A DNA stretch of 64,000 nucleotides. It comes from Planctomycetota bacterium. GTDB taxonomy: Bacteria; Planctomycetota; Phycisphaerae; WQYP01. Both the position numbers and the translations under genes were made by a program. The number at the start of each line of letters is the position of its first letter. Positions within the stretch are counted from its first letter, which is position 1. The stretch covers positions 71,600 through 135,599 of the forward strand of contig JAKAEZ010000001.1 of the NCBI GenBank assembly GCA_021819825.1, in the 5' to 3' direction. Below the pieces are notes generated by a model. It was not told where the DNA came from. It did no database searches and was given only the letters and a program-made list of their open reading frames with translations. Positions 1-9,268 of the stretch are shown here, in pieces.

Positions 1-212
1 CGATGGCTGGTAAGTTGCGTAATCCATTGTTGAATCTGCTGCGGGGCAGGCTTTGCCTCCGCTGACACCGCCGAGGTCGGTGCCGTACTACCCGCTGCAT
101 CAACTGCACAAACAGCCCACGCAGCAAGAGAGATCACCGCCGATGCCAATGCAATGGCAGTGCATACACCGGCCGATCCTCGGCCCCATTTCCGAAACGG
201 CTGCGTCTGCAT
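1..212 (-). CDS. Partial CDS, 5' end in window and 3' end off-window. Hypothetical secreted or membrane protein with a signal-peptide-like N-terminus (MQTQPFRKWGRGSAGVCTAIALASAVISLAAWAVCAV...).
   Basis: ATG at 210-212 on the minus strand, preceded by the strong RBS AAAAGGAG. The frame stays open to the window edge, with a hydrophobic N-terminal segment. It is absent from the ORF track because it runs off the edge. Confidence 0.35.
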   Translation of the reverse strand, partial: MQTQPFRKWGRGSAGVCTAIALASAVISLAAWAVCAVDAAGSTAPTSAVSAEAKPAPQQIQQWITQLTSH

Positions 213-499
213 GCGAGCACTCCTTTTATTGATCTGATTAATTGATATTCGCTGATACCATTTTCGTCAACCGTGCAGTAGATGATGATAAACCGAGGCA
301 GATGCGCCCGCAATGGACAGGCCGTTTCGGCATGAAAACCGTCGGACGCCGCCCCGGTGTATGCCCGGGAAGAACCTTTGGACCATGCGACAAACCATGC
401 GAGTGAATTGTTACCCCGTGAAACACCGCCTATAATCCAGCGAGATCCACGGGGCGCAAACACGCTAAGTTAGCGGGCGCGGACGGGGCAGGATTTTTT

Positions 500-1282
500 A
501 TGAAAGGTTATCTGATGAAACTGCAAAACAAAGTAGCAATTGTTACCGGGGCGGCCACAGGCATTGGTCAGGGCATCGCCATTCGCCTGGCCAAAGAGGG
601 GGCGGCCGTTGTGGTGGATTATGTCGGCAAGCCCGGGGCGGCGGATGCAACGTTAAACGCTATTAAATCGGCGGGTGGAAAAGTGATTGCCGTAGCGGCT
701 GATGTGAGCAATCCGCAACAGGTTCAGGCCATGGTGGATGAAGCAGTTAAAACTTTTGGCAGTTTGGATATTCTGGTGAACAACGCGGGCATCGAATTCA
801 AACACCCTTTTGTAGAATTTCCGGTTGAACAATTCCAGAAAATTATATCCGTCAATTTGATCGGCCCCTTTGTGTGTTCGCAAATTGCGGCGCGGCAAAT
901 GATTAAGCAAGGCAAGGGTGGCCGGATTATCAATATTTCTTCGGTGCATGAAGACCTGCCCATGCCGACGAACGCTCCTTATTGCGCTACCAAGGGCGGC
1001 ATACGAATGCTCACACGCACCATTGCGGTGGAACTTGCGCCGCACAAAATCACGGTCAACAACATCGGCCCCGGTGCCATCTTCACACCCATTGATGCGG
1101 ATGTGGAAGCCAACAAAGCAATGGAAGACGCCCTGATGGCGGAAATTCCGCTGGGCCGCTGGGGCAAGCCCGAGGAAGTAGCTTCTTTGGCCGCATTCCT
1201 CGCATCGGATGAAGCGGCCTATTGCACTGGATCGACCTTCTTTATCGATGGCGGCATGTTGCGGCAGGCGGGTTCCCTTTAG
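500..1282 (+). CDS. Short-chain dehydrogenase/reductase, glucose 1-dehydrogenase-like
   Basis: N-terminal Rossmann motif TGAATGIGQG, NNAG, and catalytic S...YxxxK (SSVHEDLPMPTNAPYCATKGG). Length 260 aa. ATG at 500. Confidence 0.85.
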   Translation: MKGYLMKLQNKVAIVTGAATGIGQGIAIRLAKEGAAVVVDYVGKPGAADATLNAIKSAGGKVIAVAADVSNPQQVQAMVDEAVKTFGSLDILVNNAGIEFKHPFVEFPVEQFQKIISVNLIGPFVCSQIAARQMIKQGKGGRIINISSVHEDLPMPTNAPYCATKGGIRMLTRTIAVELAPHKITVNNIGPGAIFTPIDADVEANKAMEDALMAEIPLGRWGKPEEVASLAAFLASDEAAYCTGSTFFIDGGMLRQAGSL

Positions 1283-1288
1283 GGCCAA

Positions 1289-1848
1289 GTGTTGTACCCG
1301 GAGAATGCGTCGATGGTGCCTACCACGACCGGCGGCCCTTATGGCCTTCTGACGACAATGATGAGCTTCATGTTCTGGGGTGACCAGCGCGTGCTGACGG
1401 CAGCTTGCGCGATAACCGAAGCGGAATATTACGCCGAAAGAGGATTCTCCGCGGGGTCATTGCATAAATTGCTGGTGCACTCCATGGCCGCCCAATGGAT
1501 GTGGCTATCACGATGGAAAGGACACGACCTCCGCCGTCTGGAAGACACCACCGATTATCCCGCACGCGAGAGCCTGCTAAAGCGCTGGCCGCAGGGGTAC
1601 ATGCGGACTTTTCCGAGTTCGTTCTGGCGCAAACGGCAATTACTCTGGCAGCCCCGCTGACCTATCGTAACACGCGCGGCGATCAGTTCACATTGCCGCT
1701 GGGCGAACTGATTTTGCATTGCCTGGATCATGGAACCTATCATCGCGGACAGATAAACAGTTTGATTAAATTAGCGGGTGGAGCACCCGTATCACTTAAT
1801 TATTACCAATTTAGCCTTGAGCACCTGAAGCGTGGTGGGCAGGTATGA
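1289..1848 (+). pseudogene. DinB-family (DinB_2 / HxxYHRGQ) damage-inducible protein, interrupted by a frameshift between the 1289-1660 and 1495-1848 frames
   Basis: The N-terminal half (…GSLHKLLVHSMAAQWMWLSRWKG…) lies in one frame. The C-terminal half, carrying the family signature LHCLDHGTYHRGQINSL, lies in another. The two ORFs overlap from 1495 to 1660. Confidence 0.5.
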
Positions 1849-2426
1849 ACAAGCTGCTTATGGCATCCATTTTGTCCGCAGGAGTATTGGCGATTGTCGG
1901 AGTATATTCGTGGCAACAGTATAGCCGTCGCCTGACATGGTCGCAGGTCAATGCAATGATTGCGGGTAGATTTCCGCAAGTACCACAGCTATCCGTGCCG
2001 GCGCTGCATACTTGGCTTGCCGATTCACACAAGGTGCAACCGCTGCTGCTGGACGTTCGGGCGAAGGTGGAGTACGACGTTAGCCACCTGCATCATGCGC
2101 GATGGATTAACACGGATGAATCGGTCGCCAAGGCGACGGTTGGCATTAAGCACAACCAGCCCATTGTCGTGTATTGTTCGGTGGGCTATCGTTCATCGGC
2201 TTATTGCGTGCAACTGATGAACGATGGCTTTACCGATGTGCATAATTTGAAGGGCTCTATTTTTCAATGGGCCAACGCAGGTTTACCGGTCTATCGTGAC
2301 GGCACAATTGCCCATCATGTCATGTGCATCCTTACAATCGCCATTGGGGGCAACTGCTCGAGCGTTCACTTTGGGCCTTTCATCCACCAAAACCTTAATC
2401 ACGCCAAAGCGTTATCAGGGGCCTGA
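1845..2426 (+). CDS. Rhodanese-domain sulfurtransferase with an N-terminal TM or signal segment and a C-terminal extension
   Basis: Rhodanese fold with active-site Cys loop (PIVVYCSVGYRSS). The ATG overlaps the stop of the preceding ORF (ATGA). Confidence 0.7.
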   Translation: MNKLLMASILSAGVLAIVGVYSWQQYSRRLTWSQVNAMIAGRFPQVPQLSVPALHTWLADSHKVQPLLLDVRAKVEYDVSHLHHARWINTDESVAKATVGIKHNQPIVVYCSVGYRSSAYCVQLMNDGFTDVHNLKGSIFQWANAGLPVYRDGTIAHHVMCILTIAIGGNCSSVHFGPFIHQNLNHAKALSGA

Positions 2427-2489
2427 ACATTCTGTTTTACCGGGTTGACAGCTGAATTCGCGGACAAAGCCACTGGGGGCATACCATCA

Positions 2490-3065
2490 TCAATGCGCGG
2501 CACGCTGTTTTGCCAATAACCTCTTTACGTCAGCGGCAAGCTGACGCGGAGAATAGCCGACAATAATATGCCGCAGCACGCCATGCCGATCAATGATAAA
2601 TTCTGTCGGAAAGCCGGTAATACCAAGCTTTTGGGCTAAAGCGCTGTTTCCGTGGTTATGATTAAAAATCTGCGGCCAGCTTTCTTTCGGGTGCGCTTTT
2701 TGATAACGGGTAACAGATTCCGCGGTGGATTGCACCGGCACGCCTACCACTTCCAGACCGTGGCGGTGATACTTGCTGTAGAGTTTCGAGATATAAGGCG
2801 CTTGTTTGAGGCACCAAGGACACCAGGTACCCCAGAAATCCACTACGACCACTTTTCCTTTCCACTTAGCGGTATTCAAGCGGCCTCCTCCCAGCAATTG
2901 GCCTGTGAGAACCAGCGAATGTCCTCTTCCAACCGCAGAGTTTGCACCAGCAGCCTGCCCATCGCCGCGCTGGTAGGTGATCACGACAAACAACCCCATG
3001 AATAGAGCACAAGCCGCGATAAAGATGCTGCCTTTGCGCCAGGGCCGGTTAAATTGATCTGACAT
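2490..3065 (-). CDS. TlpA/ResA-like membrane-anchored thiol:disulfide oxidoreductase (thioredoxin fold)
   Basis: WCPWC active site (FWGTWCPWCLKQAP) and an N-terminal TM. The start was moved to the internal ATG at 3063-3065 (MSDQFNRPW…); the ORF-track start at 3200 is upstream. Confidence 0.8.
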   Translation of the reverse strand: MSDQFNRPWRKGSIFIAACALFMGLFVVITYQRGDGQAAGANSAVGRGHSLVLTGQLLGGGRLNTAKWKGKVVVVDFWGTWCPWCLKQAPYISKLYSKYHRHGLEVVGVPVQSTAESVTRYQKAHPKESWPQIFNHNHGNSALAQKLGITGFPTEFIIDRHGVLRHIIVGYSPRQLAADVKRLLAKQRAAH

Positions 3066-3294
3066 AGCTAATTTCTTTTTGTAAGAAACCAAAGGTAACA
3101 CTGAATCCGTCAACCGAACACCCATCATTATAGCCATCCCAGTATCCGAAATCGAAATAGTTGTAAAAATGTAGGCGATCAAGCCTTCTTGGTTGAACAT
3201 GAGGGATTGCTGGTTCCCAGAAAACCGGCAATATCTAAACAGGCAATATCTAAAATCACTTGCCAGTTAGGCCCCTCGGACCGGACAATAGCGA

Positions 3295-4665
3295 TTGGTT
3301 AATGTTGCGAGGTCTGCCTTGTTTGGGATATTTCGGTTTAGTTTCTGCATTACAGCGATGGTGTTGCTACTTTTTAGCGGCTCCGTGCGCCGAGCATGGG
3401 CGGTGCATGTGGTTGCCGGGCCGCTGGTGGGCAGCATCACGCCTGATTCGGCGCGGGTGTGGATTCAATTAAGCACCAGTGACCGGGTCAAGGTGCGCTG
3501 TTTTGACGTTACCACAGGGAATCAGGTTTCGGCCATGGGTACCACCGTGCTGGGGCCCCCGCCCTTTATTGTCAACGCCGCACTCAATGATTTGCTTCCG
3601 AATCATGATTATCGCATTACGCTTTTGGTCAATGGGCACCCGGTGCCGCTGCCGCCCCCGTTGGTCATTATCCATACCGTGCCGGCGTATGGAACCTTTA
3701 AGCCCGTGCATGTTGCGTTCGGTTCCTGTGCCGATACGGCAGTTTATCCCGCCAAAACTATCTGGCAGAGCATCGCACAACTTCAGCCGCAGGCATTTAT
3801 CTTTGCGGGGAATTCATCCTATCTGCCCCGGCATTTAAGCCAGTTCCCATATACGTATATTCATGCATATAATTTTATACTGACACGCTATGATCAATCG
3901 CGGATGTTTAGCGCTTTGCGCGGGTTATTTAGCGTGTGCCCGATCTATGCCACGTGGGATGACCGGGATTTCGGTACGCCGCGCGCGGATTCGTCCTTTG
4001 TATTTAAGCATGATTCCTTTCTGGCGTTTGAGCAGTTCTGGCCCAATCCCGGCTACGGCAGCGGTACTACGCTGGGTACGTTCTGTCATTTTCGTATTTC
4101 AGATGTCGCTTTTTATCTGCTGGATGACCGGAGTTTTCGCGTTAATCCCACGTCCAAGGCTCCGGGAAAAATGCTGGGCACGCGGCAGCTTGCATGGTTA
4201 AAACGGCATTTGCTTAACAGCAGCGCCACATTCAAAGTCCTGGTGGACGGGGATCAGATGCTGGCAGATTATCCGGGGCATGAAAGCTGGGGAAACTTTC
4301 CCCGGGAGCAACGCGGCTTTATTCATTGGATTTTCAGCCATAATGTTTCAGGCGTGGTGTTTTTAAGCGGTCATCGGCGCTTCGGTGAATTAACCCGGCG
4401 CAAGGCGAATCCCAACGGCCTGGATCAATATCCGCTGTACGATCTGACAAGTTCGTCTCTGGCGGCAAAGCCCATTCCGGCACAGCAGATGGTGGCATGG
4501 CCCAATGTGCAGAGACTGGGCGCACCGGTGTTTGAACACAACTTTGGATTCATTAACGTCGGCGGCCCGCCGGGCAATCGCCATATTACACTGCAACTGC
4601 GAAACGCCGAGGGAATCATTGTGCTTTCCAAAACCATCTTGGCCAGCGATCTGCAAGGGCAATGA
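3295..4665 (+). CDS. PhoD-like metallophosphatase (alkaline phosphatase D family)
   Basis: PhoD N-terminal domain (SITPDSARVWIQL) and a metallophosphatase core. The N-terminus carries an RR-containing hydrophobic signal region. The track start at 3295 is TTG; an alternative ATG is at 3358. Confidence 0.8.
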   Translation: MVNVARSALFGIFRFSFCITAMVLLLFSGSVRRAWAVHVVAGPLVGSITPDSARVWIQLSTSDRVKVRCFDVTTGNQVSAMGTTVLGPPPFIVNAALNDLLPNHDYRITLLVNGHPVPLPPPLVIIHTVPAYGTFKPVHVAFGSCADTAVYPAKTIWQSIAQLQPQAFIFAGNSSYLPRHLSQFPYTYIHAYNFILTRYDQSRMFSALRGLFSVCPIYATWDDRDFGTPRADSSFVFKHDSFLAFEQFWPNPGYGSGTTLGTFCHFRISDVAFYLLDDRSFRVNPTSKAPGKMLGTRQLAWLKRHLLNSSATFKVLVDGDQMLADYPGHESWGNFPREQRGFIHWIFSHNVSGVVFLSGHRRFGELTRRKANPNGLDQYPLYDLTSSSLAAKPIPAQQMVAWPNVQRLGAPVFEHNFGFINVGGPPGNRHITLQLRNAEGIIVLSKTILASDLQGQ

Positions 4666-5000
4666 CACACAGGAATTGCCAGGATGGCACAGCCGATTAT
4701 TTTGTCATGTACAATTTTTCAGTGACCGGTTGCGTAGATTCGGGAGACGTGCCGACAACGGCAACAATTCCTCGCGTAGCGTGCGGATGGGTAAAGCGTT
4801 GTCGCATGTCACGCAACACGATGCTTATAAAACATTATGTTTGTGAAGCATCATGTTGAGGCGTGCCGGTGTTTATCGGAATTTGCGAGACGTATAAATA
4901 AAACCGTGGTTTTCACTGGCACACGGGCGTAGCGAGCGCGGGTTTCCATCCCGATAGTGATCGGGACTGTATGATACCGGCGTTATCCGGGATTGATGGA

Positions 5001-6065
5001 TCATCCGTTGGTTGGTTGCGGTGTGGGAATGGCGCGGAGGCGGTAGAGCAGCCAAAGGCTTAGCCAGATTATGGCGGTGGCCGCGACAAATGTAGCGCCA
5101 ATCGCGGCAAAGTGATTGTTGAGAATTGTTATCCACGAGACAATTCCGCCAGCCGTGGAGCCGCCGTGAGTCGGCAGGAACAGTCCCCAAGCTTCAATCA
5201 CGGCAATACCCAGAGCCATGCACACGGTGGTAAGAGTCATGGCGGCATTGTAATACCGGGTGCCACGCGGTGTGGCCAGTGCCCATTTGCAGGCCGATAG
5301 AATTAAAAGGTTATCCGCGGTATCAATGAGCGTCATCCCCGATGTAAACAACAGCGGAAACAGCAGACAGTGCCACAACGGCATTCCGCGCGAGGCGGCA
5401 CCGGCGGAAATGACAAGAATGGCAATCTCGCTGGCGGTGTCAAATCCCAGGCCAAAAAGAAATCCGATGCCGTAAATTTTCCAGTTGGAATCCACGAGCC
5501 GCAACACGCGTCCCAAAAGCAATGTAAACAAACCTCCGGAAGCGGGCGGAAAAGTATCGGTTGATACATTTTGCCCCAGATTTTCCCGATTGTTACGAAT
5601 CGACTTCCATAATGCGATGCAATTGGCCGCCCCCACCACCAGAAGCAGCAGCGCGGATACGGCTCCACCGAAAATACCTCCGAATGTCATTAAGTGACTA
5701 AGTGAAGCTCGCACCTGTTGCACGCTTAAAATCAACAATAGCGACAGCCCCATTACCACCGTGGAATGTCCCAGAGAAAACATCAAACCGACGGAAATGC
5801 GCTGCCGACCATCGTATAAAAGCCGACGGGTAATATTGTCAATGGCGGCGATATGATCGGCGTCCATAGCGTGGCGCAGGCCGAAGACAAAGGCCAATGA
5901 GGCCAACGTCAGCAGCGCTTCATTGCCGCGGAAGGAAAAAATGGTCGCTATCCAGAGACCTGTTGCAATCAGGATCAACAGCGACAGAAGCGATGCTGCG
6001 CGATACGCAATAGGACGGGCCCCAGCGCTTAAGCGGCTACCACACTGAAAATAATTACGCAACAT
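5001..6065 (-). CDS. hoxN: Nickel/cobalt permease, NiCoT family (HoxN/NixA)
   Basis: NiCoT signatures HAMDADHIAAI (HxxxxDH) and GLGFDTASEIAIL, with multiple TMs. Length 354 aa. Confidence 0.85.
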   Translation of the reverse strand: MLRNYFQCGSRLSAGARPIAYRAASLLSLLILIATGLWIATIFSFRGNEALLTLASLAFVFGLRHAMDADHIAAIDNITRRLLYDGRQRISVGLMFSLGHSTVVMGLSLLLILSVQQVRASLSHLMTFGGIFGGAVSALLLLVVGAANCIALWKSIRNNRENLGQNVSTDTFPPASGGLFTLLLGRVLRLVDSNWKIYGIGFLFGLGFDTASEIAILVISAGAASRGMPLWHCLLFPLLFTSGMTLIDTADNLLILSACKWALATPRGTRYYNAAMTLTTVCMALGIAVIEAWGLFLPTHGGSTAGGIVSWITILNNHFAAIGATFVAATAIIWLSLWLLYRLRAIPTPQPTNG

Positions 6066-6086
6066 CGCTGTTCTCCGAAACGGATG

Positions 6087-8705
6087 TTACACGGATTCAA
6101 GCTGCTTTTCCATTTCCGCCATTTCCTTGGTTTCGTGTTTGGAGCGGTACACGGCCCAGGCGATCACAGCGATCGCGATCACACCGACGGCAGCGGCAAT
6201 CCATGGATAGGGGCTAAGCGGATGCACAGCGACCGATTTATGCATAGCAGCTTCGGCCCGCCAAAGCGAAGCGTCAAAGGGGAGCATTAAAGGCAGCGAC
6301 AGCAGCGCCACCATGTTCATCACTTTTAACAGTGGATTAATCGCTGGACCCGCGGTGTCTTTTAATGGATCCCCCACGGTATCACCGGTCACCGAGGCTT
6401 TGTGCCGTTCAGACCCTTTGCCGGTGTTGGCTTTCAGATTTCTCGGTTCATCTTCGATGGTTTTCTTGGCGTTGTCCCAGGCACCGCCGGAATTGGTCAT
6501 GAATACCGCCAGCAATTGCCCGGAGAGAATGGCCCCGGCCAGAAACCCCGCCAACGCCACAACTCCCAGCAAAAATCCCACGAGAATGGGAGATAAAATC
6601 GCCAGAAATCCTGGACCGATGAGTTCACGCTGGGCCGTGGCGGTACAGATATTGACCACCCGGGCATAATCCGGTTTGGTTTCGCCGCTCCATATTTTTT
6701 CATCCTGGAACTGCAAGCGACATTCCTTCACGATTAAAAACGCCGCCCGGCCCACCGCCCGGATGGTCATTGAGCTGAACAGAAATGGCACCGCGCCCCC
6801 CAAAAGCAGTCCCACCAGCAGTTTTGGACTGGCGACGGTCATAATTCCGGAAATAATCTGGTAGGCTTTGCCGCTGATGTGCGCATGATCAGATACGCCG
6901 CCGGTGGCCACCAATGTGATAAATGCGGCGTAAAGACTCACGGCGGCAATCACCGCGGAACCAATGGCGACGCCCTTGGTCAGTGCCTTGGTGGTATTAC
7001 CCGTGGCATCCAAATCAGCCAGTACCTGTCGAGCCGCGCTGTGTTGCCTGGCCCCCATTTCCTCGGGGTCGTAACCCATTTCTCCAATGCCGTTGGCGTT
7101 ATCCGCAACGGGTCCAAATACATCCATGCTCAGGGTGTTACCGGCAAGCGTCAGCATCCCAATACCCACCATCGCGACACCGTATGCGACAAAAATCGGA
7201 TTTGTTCCGTAGAAAATAAGACTGCTTGCAGTAATGCAACAGGCAATAATAACAATCGCGCTGACGCTGCTTTCCATGCCCACCGCCAAACCACTGATGA
7301 TGTTGGTGGCATGACCCGTGGCACAGGACTTCACCAGAGAATCCACTGGCGGCTCATGCGTTCCAGTGAAGTATTCCGTGGATAAATTCAACGTCAGAGC
7401 CAGTATCACACCGATAAACGTGGCTTCCGCGGGCCGCATATCCAAACCATGAATACCAAAATTAGCCCACCAGGGCGCTGCGGCTAAGACATGCCGCAAA
7501 CTTGGATTTTCCGCAAGCGCAGCGCCGCTGAACCGCAGATAGAAAAACCCCACGAGAAGAAAACCAATGGTGCTGATCAAGGCACCGAGGCGATAGCCGC
7601 CATTAATCGCGGCCATGGCATCTTTATCCGAACCCTTATCAGCGGCCCGCACACTGAAGGTGGCAATCATATCCGAGCAAACCCCCACCGCTCTAACCAG
7701 CAAAGGAAATAGCATACCGATGTGCCCGAAACTGGCCCACCCCAAAATCATGGCCGCTACCATCGTGACTTCATAACTTTCAAAAATATCCGCGGCCATA
7801 CCGGCACAATCGCCGACATTATCGCCGACATTGTCCGCAATTGTCGCCGCGTTGCGCGGATCATCTTCCGGGATGTCCTTTTCAACTTTACCCACCAGAT
7901 CGGCACCGACATCTGCGGCTTTGGTATAAATTCCTCCGCCCACACGCATGAACAACGCCAAAAGGGTTCCGCCGAACCCAAAGCCGAGCAAGGCCTCGGG
8001 AGCGCGGTCACCGAAGTACATGAAAATGGTCGTCGCCCCTAGAAGGCCCAGGCCGTCGTTAAGCATGCCCGTGACGGTACCGGTGCGGTACCCTAATTGC
8101 AGGGCTTTACCGAAGCCCTGCCGCGCCGCGGCGGCCACCACCACATTGCCCTCGGTAGCCATGAGCATACCGATAGTGCCCACGGCCATGGAAAACAAGG
8201 AGCCCATAAGGAATGCAATGCCCCGGCCAATGGGTAAACTCGCACCGGCCGCAGTGGTCCAACTGGCGGTTCCGACAAGAATAACGGTGATTATCACAAT
8301 TAAAGGCAGCAAGGTGCGGCGTTGCCGCCCAAGATAGGCGATGGATCCTTGCCGAATAGCATGGGCGACCTCCTGCATTTTTTCTGTTCCATGATCCGCC
8401 CGGCGTATGATCCGCATCAGTATGACGGCATAAGCCAGTCCAGCCAATGCGATAAATAGAACGGCAAAGAGGGCATAACGTTCAAAGGTGGTAAAACTGG
8501 GAGTATATAGAAAGCCGAAGGGATGAAATACGCCGGGCGTGCTGGTGATGTGATGAGCCGTCCCAACCGGAACGGCGACTGCGGGATAGTGGCTGCGCGT
8601 CAACCCGATATAGACCGCCAGAAACACGATCAGCACAACCGTCATGGCCGCACTTTTAGCGTGCGCGGCGATGAATTGTTTCCACTGCGTCCAAGACATT
8701 GGCAT
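6087..8705 (-). CDS. hppA: Membrane-bound proton (or Na+/K+)-translocating pyrophosphatase
   Basis: Motifs GDNVGDCAG, AADIFESYEV and DTVGDPLKDTAGPAINPLLKVM. Start placed at the ATG at 8703-8705 (RBS AAGGA); the ORF-track start at 8741 is TTG. The protein has extra hydrophobic segments at both the N- and C-termini. Confidence 0.9.
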   Translation of the reverse strand: MPMSWTQWKQFIAAHAKSAAMTVVLIVFLAVYIGLTRSHYPAVAVPVGTAHHITSTPGVFHPFGFLYTPSFTTFERYALFAVLFIALAGLAYAVILMRIIRRADHGTEKMQEVAHAIRQGSIAYLGRQRRTLLPLIVIITVILVGTASWTTAAGASLPIGRGIAFLMGSLFSMAVGTIGMLMATEGNVVVAAAARQGFGKALQLGYRTGTVTGMLNDGLGLLGATTIFMYFGDRAPEALLGFGFGGTLLALFMRVGGGIYTKAADVGADLVGKVEKDIPEDDPRNAATIADNVGDNVGDCAGMAADIFESYEVTMVAAMILGWASFGHIGMLFPLLVRAVGVCSDMIATFSVRAADKGSDKDAMAAINGGYRLGALISTIGFLLVGFFYLRFSGAALAENPSLRHVLAAAPWWANFGIHGLDMRPAEATFIGVILALTLNLSTEYFTGTHEPPVDSLVKSCATGHATNIISGLAVGMESSVSAIVIIACCITASSLIFYGTNPIFVAYGVAMVGIGMLTLAGNTLSMDVFGPVADNANGIGEMGYDPEEMGARQHSAARQVLADLDATGNTTKALTKGVAIGSAVIAAVSLYAAFITLVATGGVSDHAHISGKAYQIISGIMTVASPKLLVGLLLGGAVPFLFSSMTIRAVGRAAFLIVKECRLQFQDEKIWSGETKPDYARVVNICTATAQRELIGPGFLAILSPILVGFLLGVVALAGFLAGAILSGQLLAVFMTNSGGAWDNAKKTIEDEPRNLKANTGKGSERHKASVTGDTVGDPLKDTAGPAINPLLKVMNMVALLSLPLMLPFDASLWRAEAAMHKSVAVHPLSPYPWIAAAVGVIAIAVIAWAVYRSKHETKEMAEMEKQLESV

Positions 8706-9268
8706 AAAGATCGTCCTTTCCGCGCAAACTTTGCGCGACAACCAACCCGCGCTCCATCGCCGGTCATCTTCTCACGGCAGGGAACGCCATATATTCTTGC
8801 AGCTTGAATATCATTGTTGGGGGTGGTGAGTTAAAACGCAATAGGTGTTTCAGGTCTGCTTAGACCGATGCGCGATGCCAAGGGCGAGGCGCTGACAACC
8901 GCATTTCATCGCAGTTGATCGTATTGTCCGGCCGTCAGTGTAAATGCGCCAATGTGCCGCACCCTAGTGAATACTGGCTCATCATCGTGTTTGAGATTCC
9001 ACACCGGCTGGGCCAAAAAGAACGCGGTGGTTTGATACTCGCTGTACTTCTGATACGCGCCTAGGAATTTTACGGATAGCAGGACACGGAGAATTACCTA
9101 TTGGCAATACCGCATTTTTCTGACTATTGCGCACGGTTTGATTCCCGGCAGCAGGCCGCAGCGCGAACCGTAAGAGAATCCCCCATAGAGTTTTTGGTTA
9201 AATGACCTATATTCCATAGAGTGTTTGTCCTGATGATCAGCATTTCACCGGCACGATAAGATAGATAC

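Noticed and set aside
653-1288. Long antisense ORFs inside well-supported genes. Examples are 653-1288(-) in the SDR gene, 6313-8337(+) ORFs inside hppA, 17731-18603(-) inside hoxH, 52836-54371 ORFs inside the FtsK-like gene, and 55918-56576(+) inside the 343-aa gene.
   Set aside because: These are typical high-GC shadow ORFs: they carry no motifs and overlap strongly supported genes on the opposite strand.
4950-4965. Perfect hairpin CCCGAT-AGTG-ATCGGG 36 nt beyond the hoxN stop, as a possible intrinsic terminator
   Set aside because: No U-tract follows on either strand. It may be a structural element but is not a convincing Rho-independent terminator.
8742-9268. The 527-nt intergenic region upstream of hypF, scanned for tRNA, riboswitch or repeats
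   Set aside because: No cloverleaf-compatible T-loop or acceptor-stem pairing was found, and no repeats. It is presumably just the promoter region of the hydrogenase supercluster.
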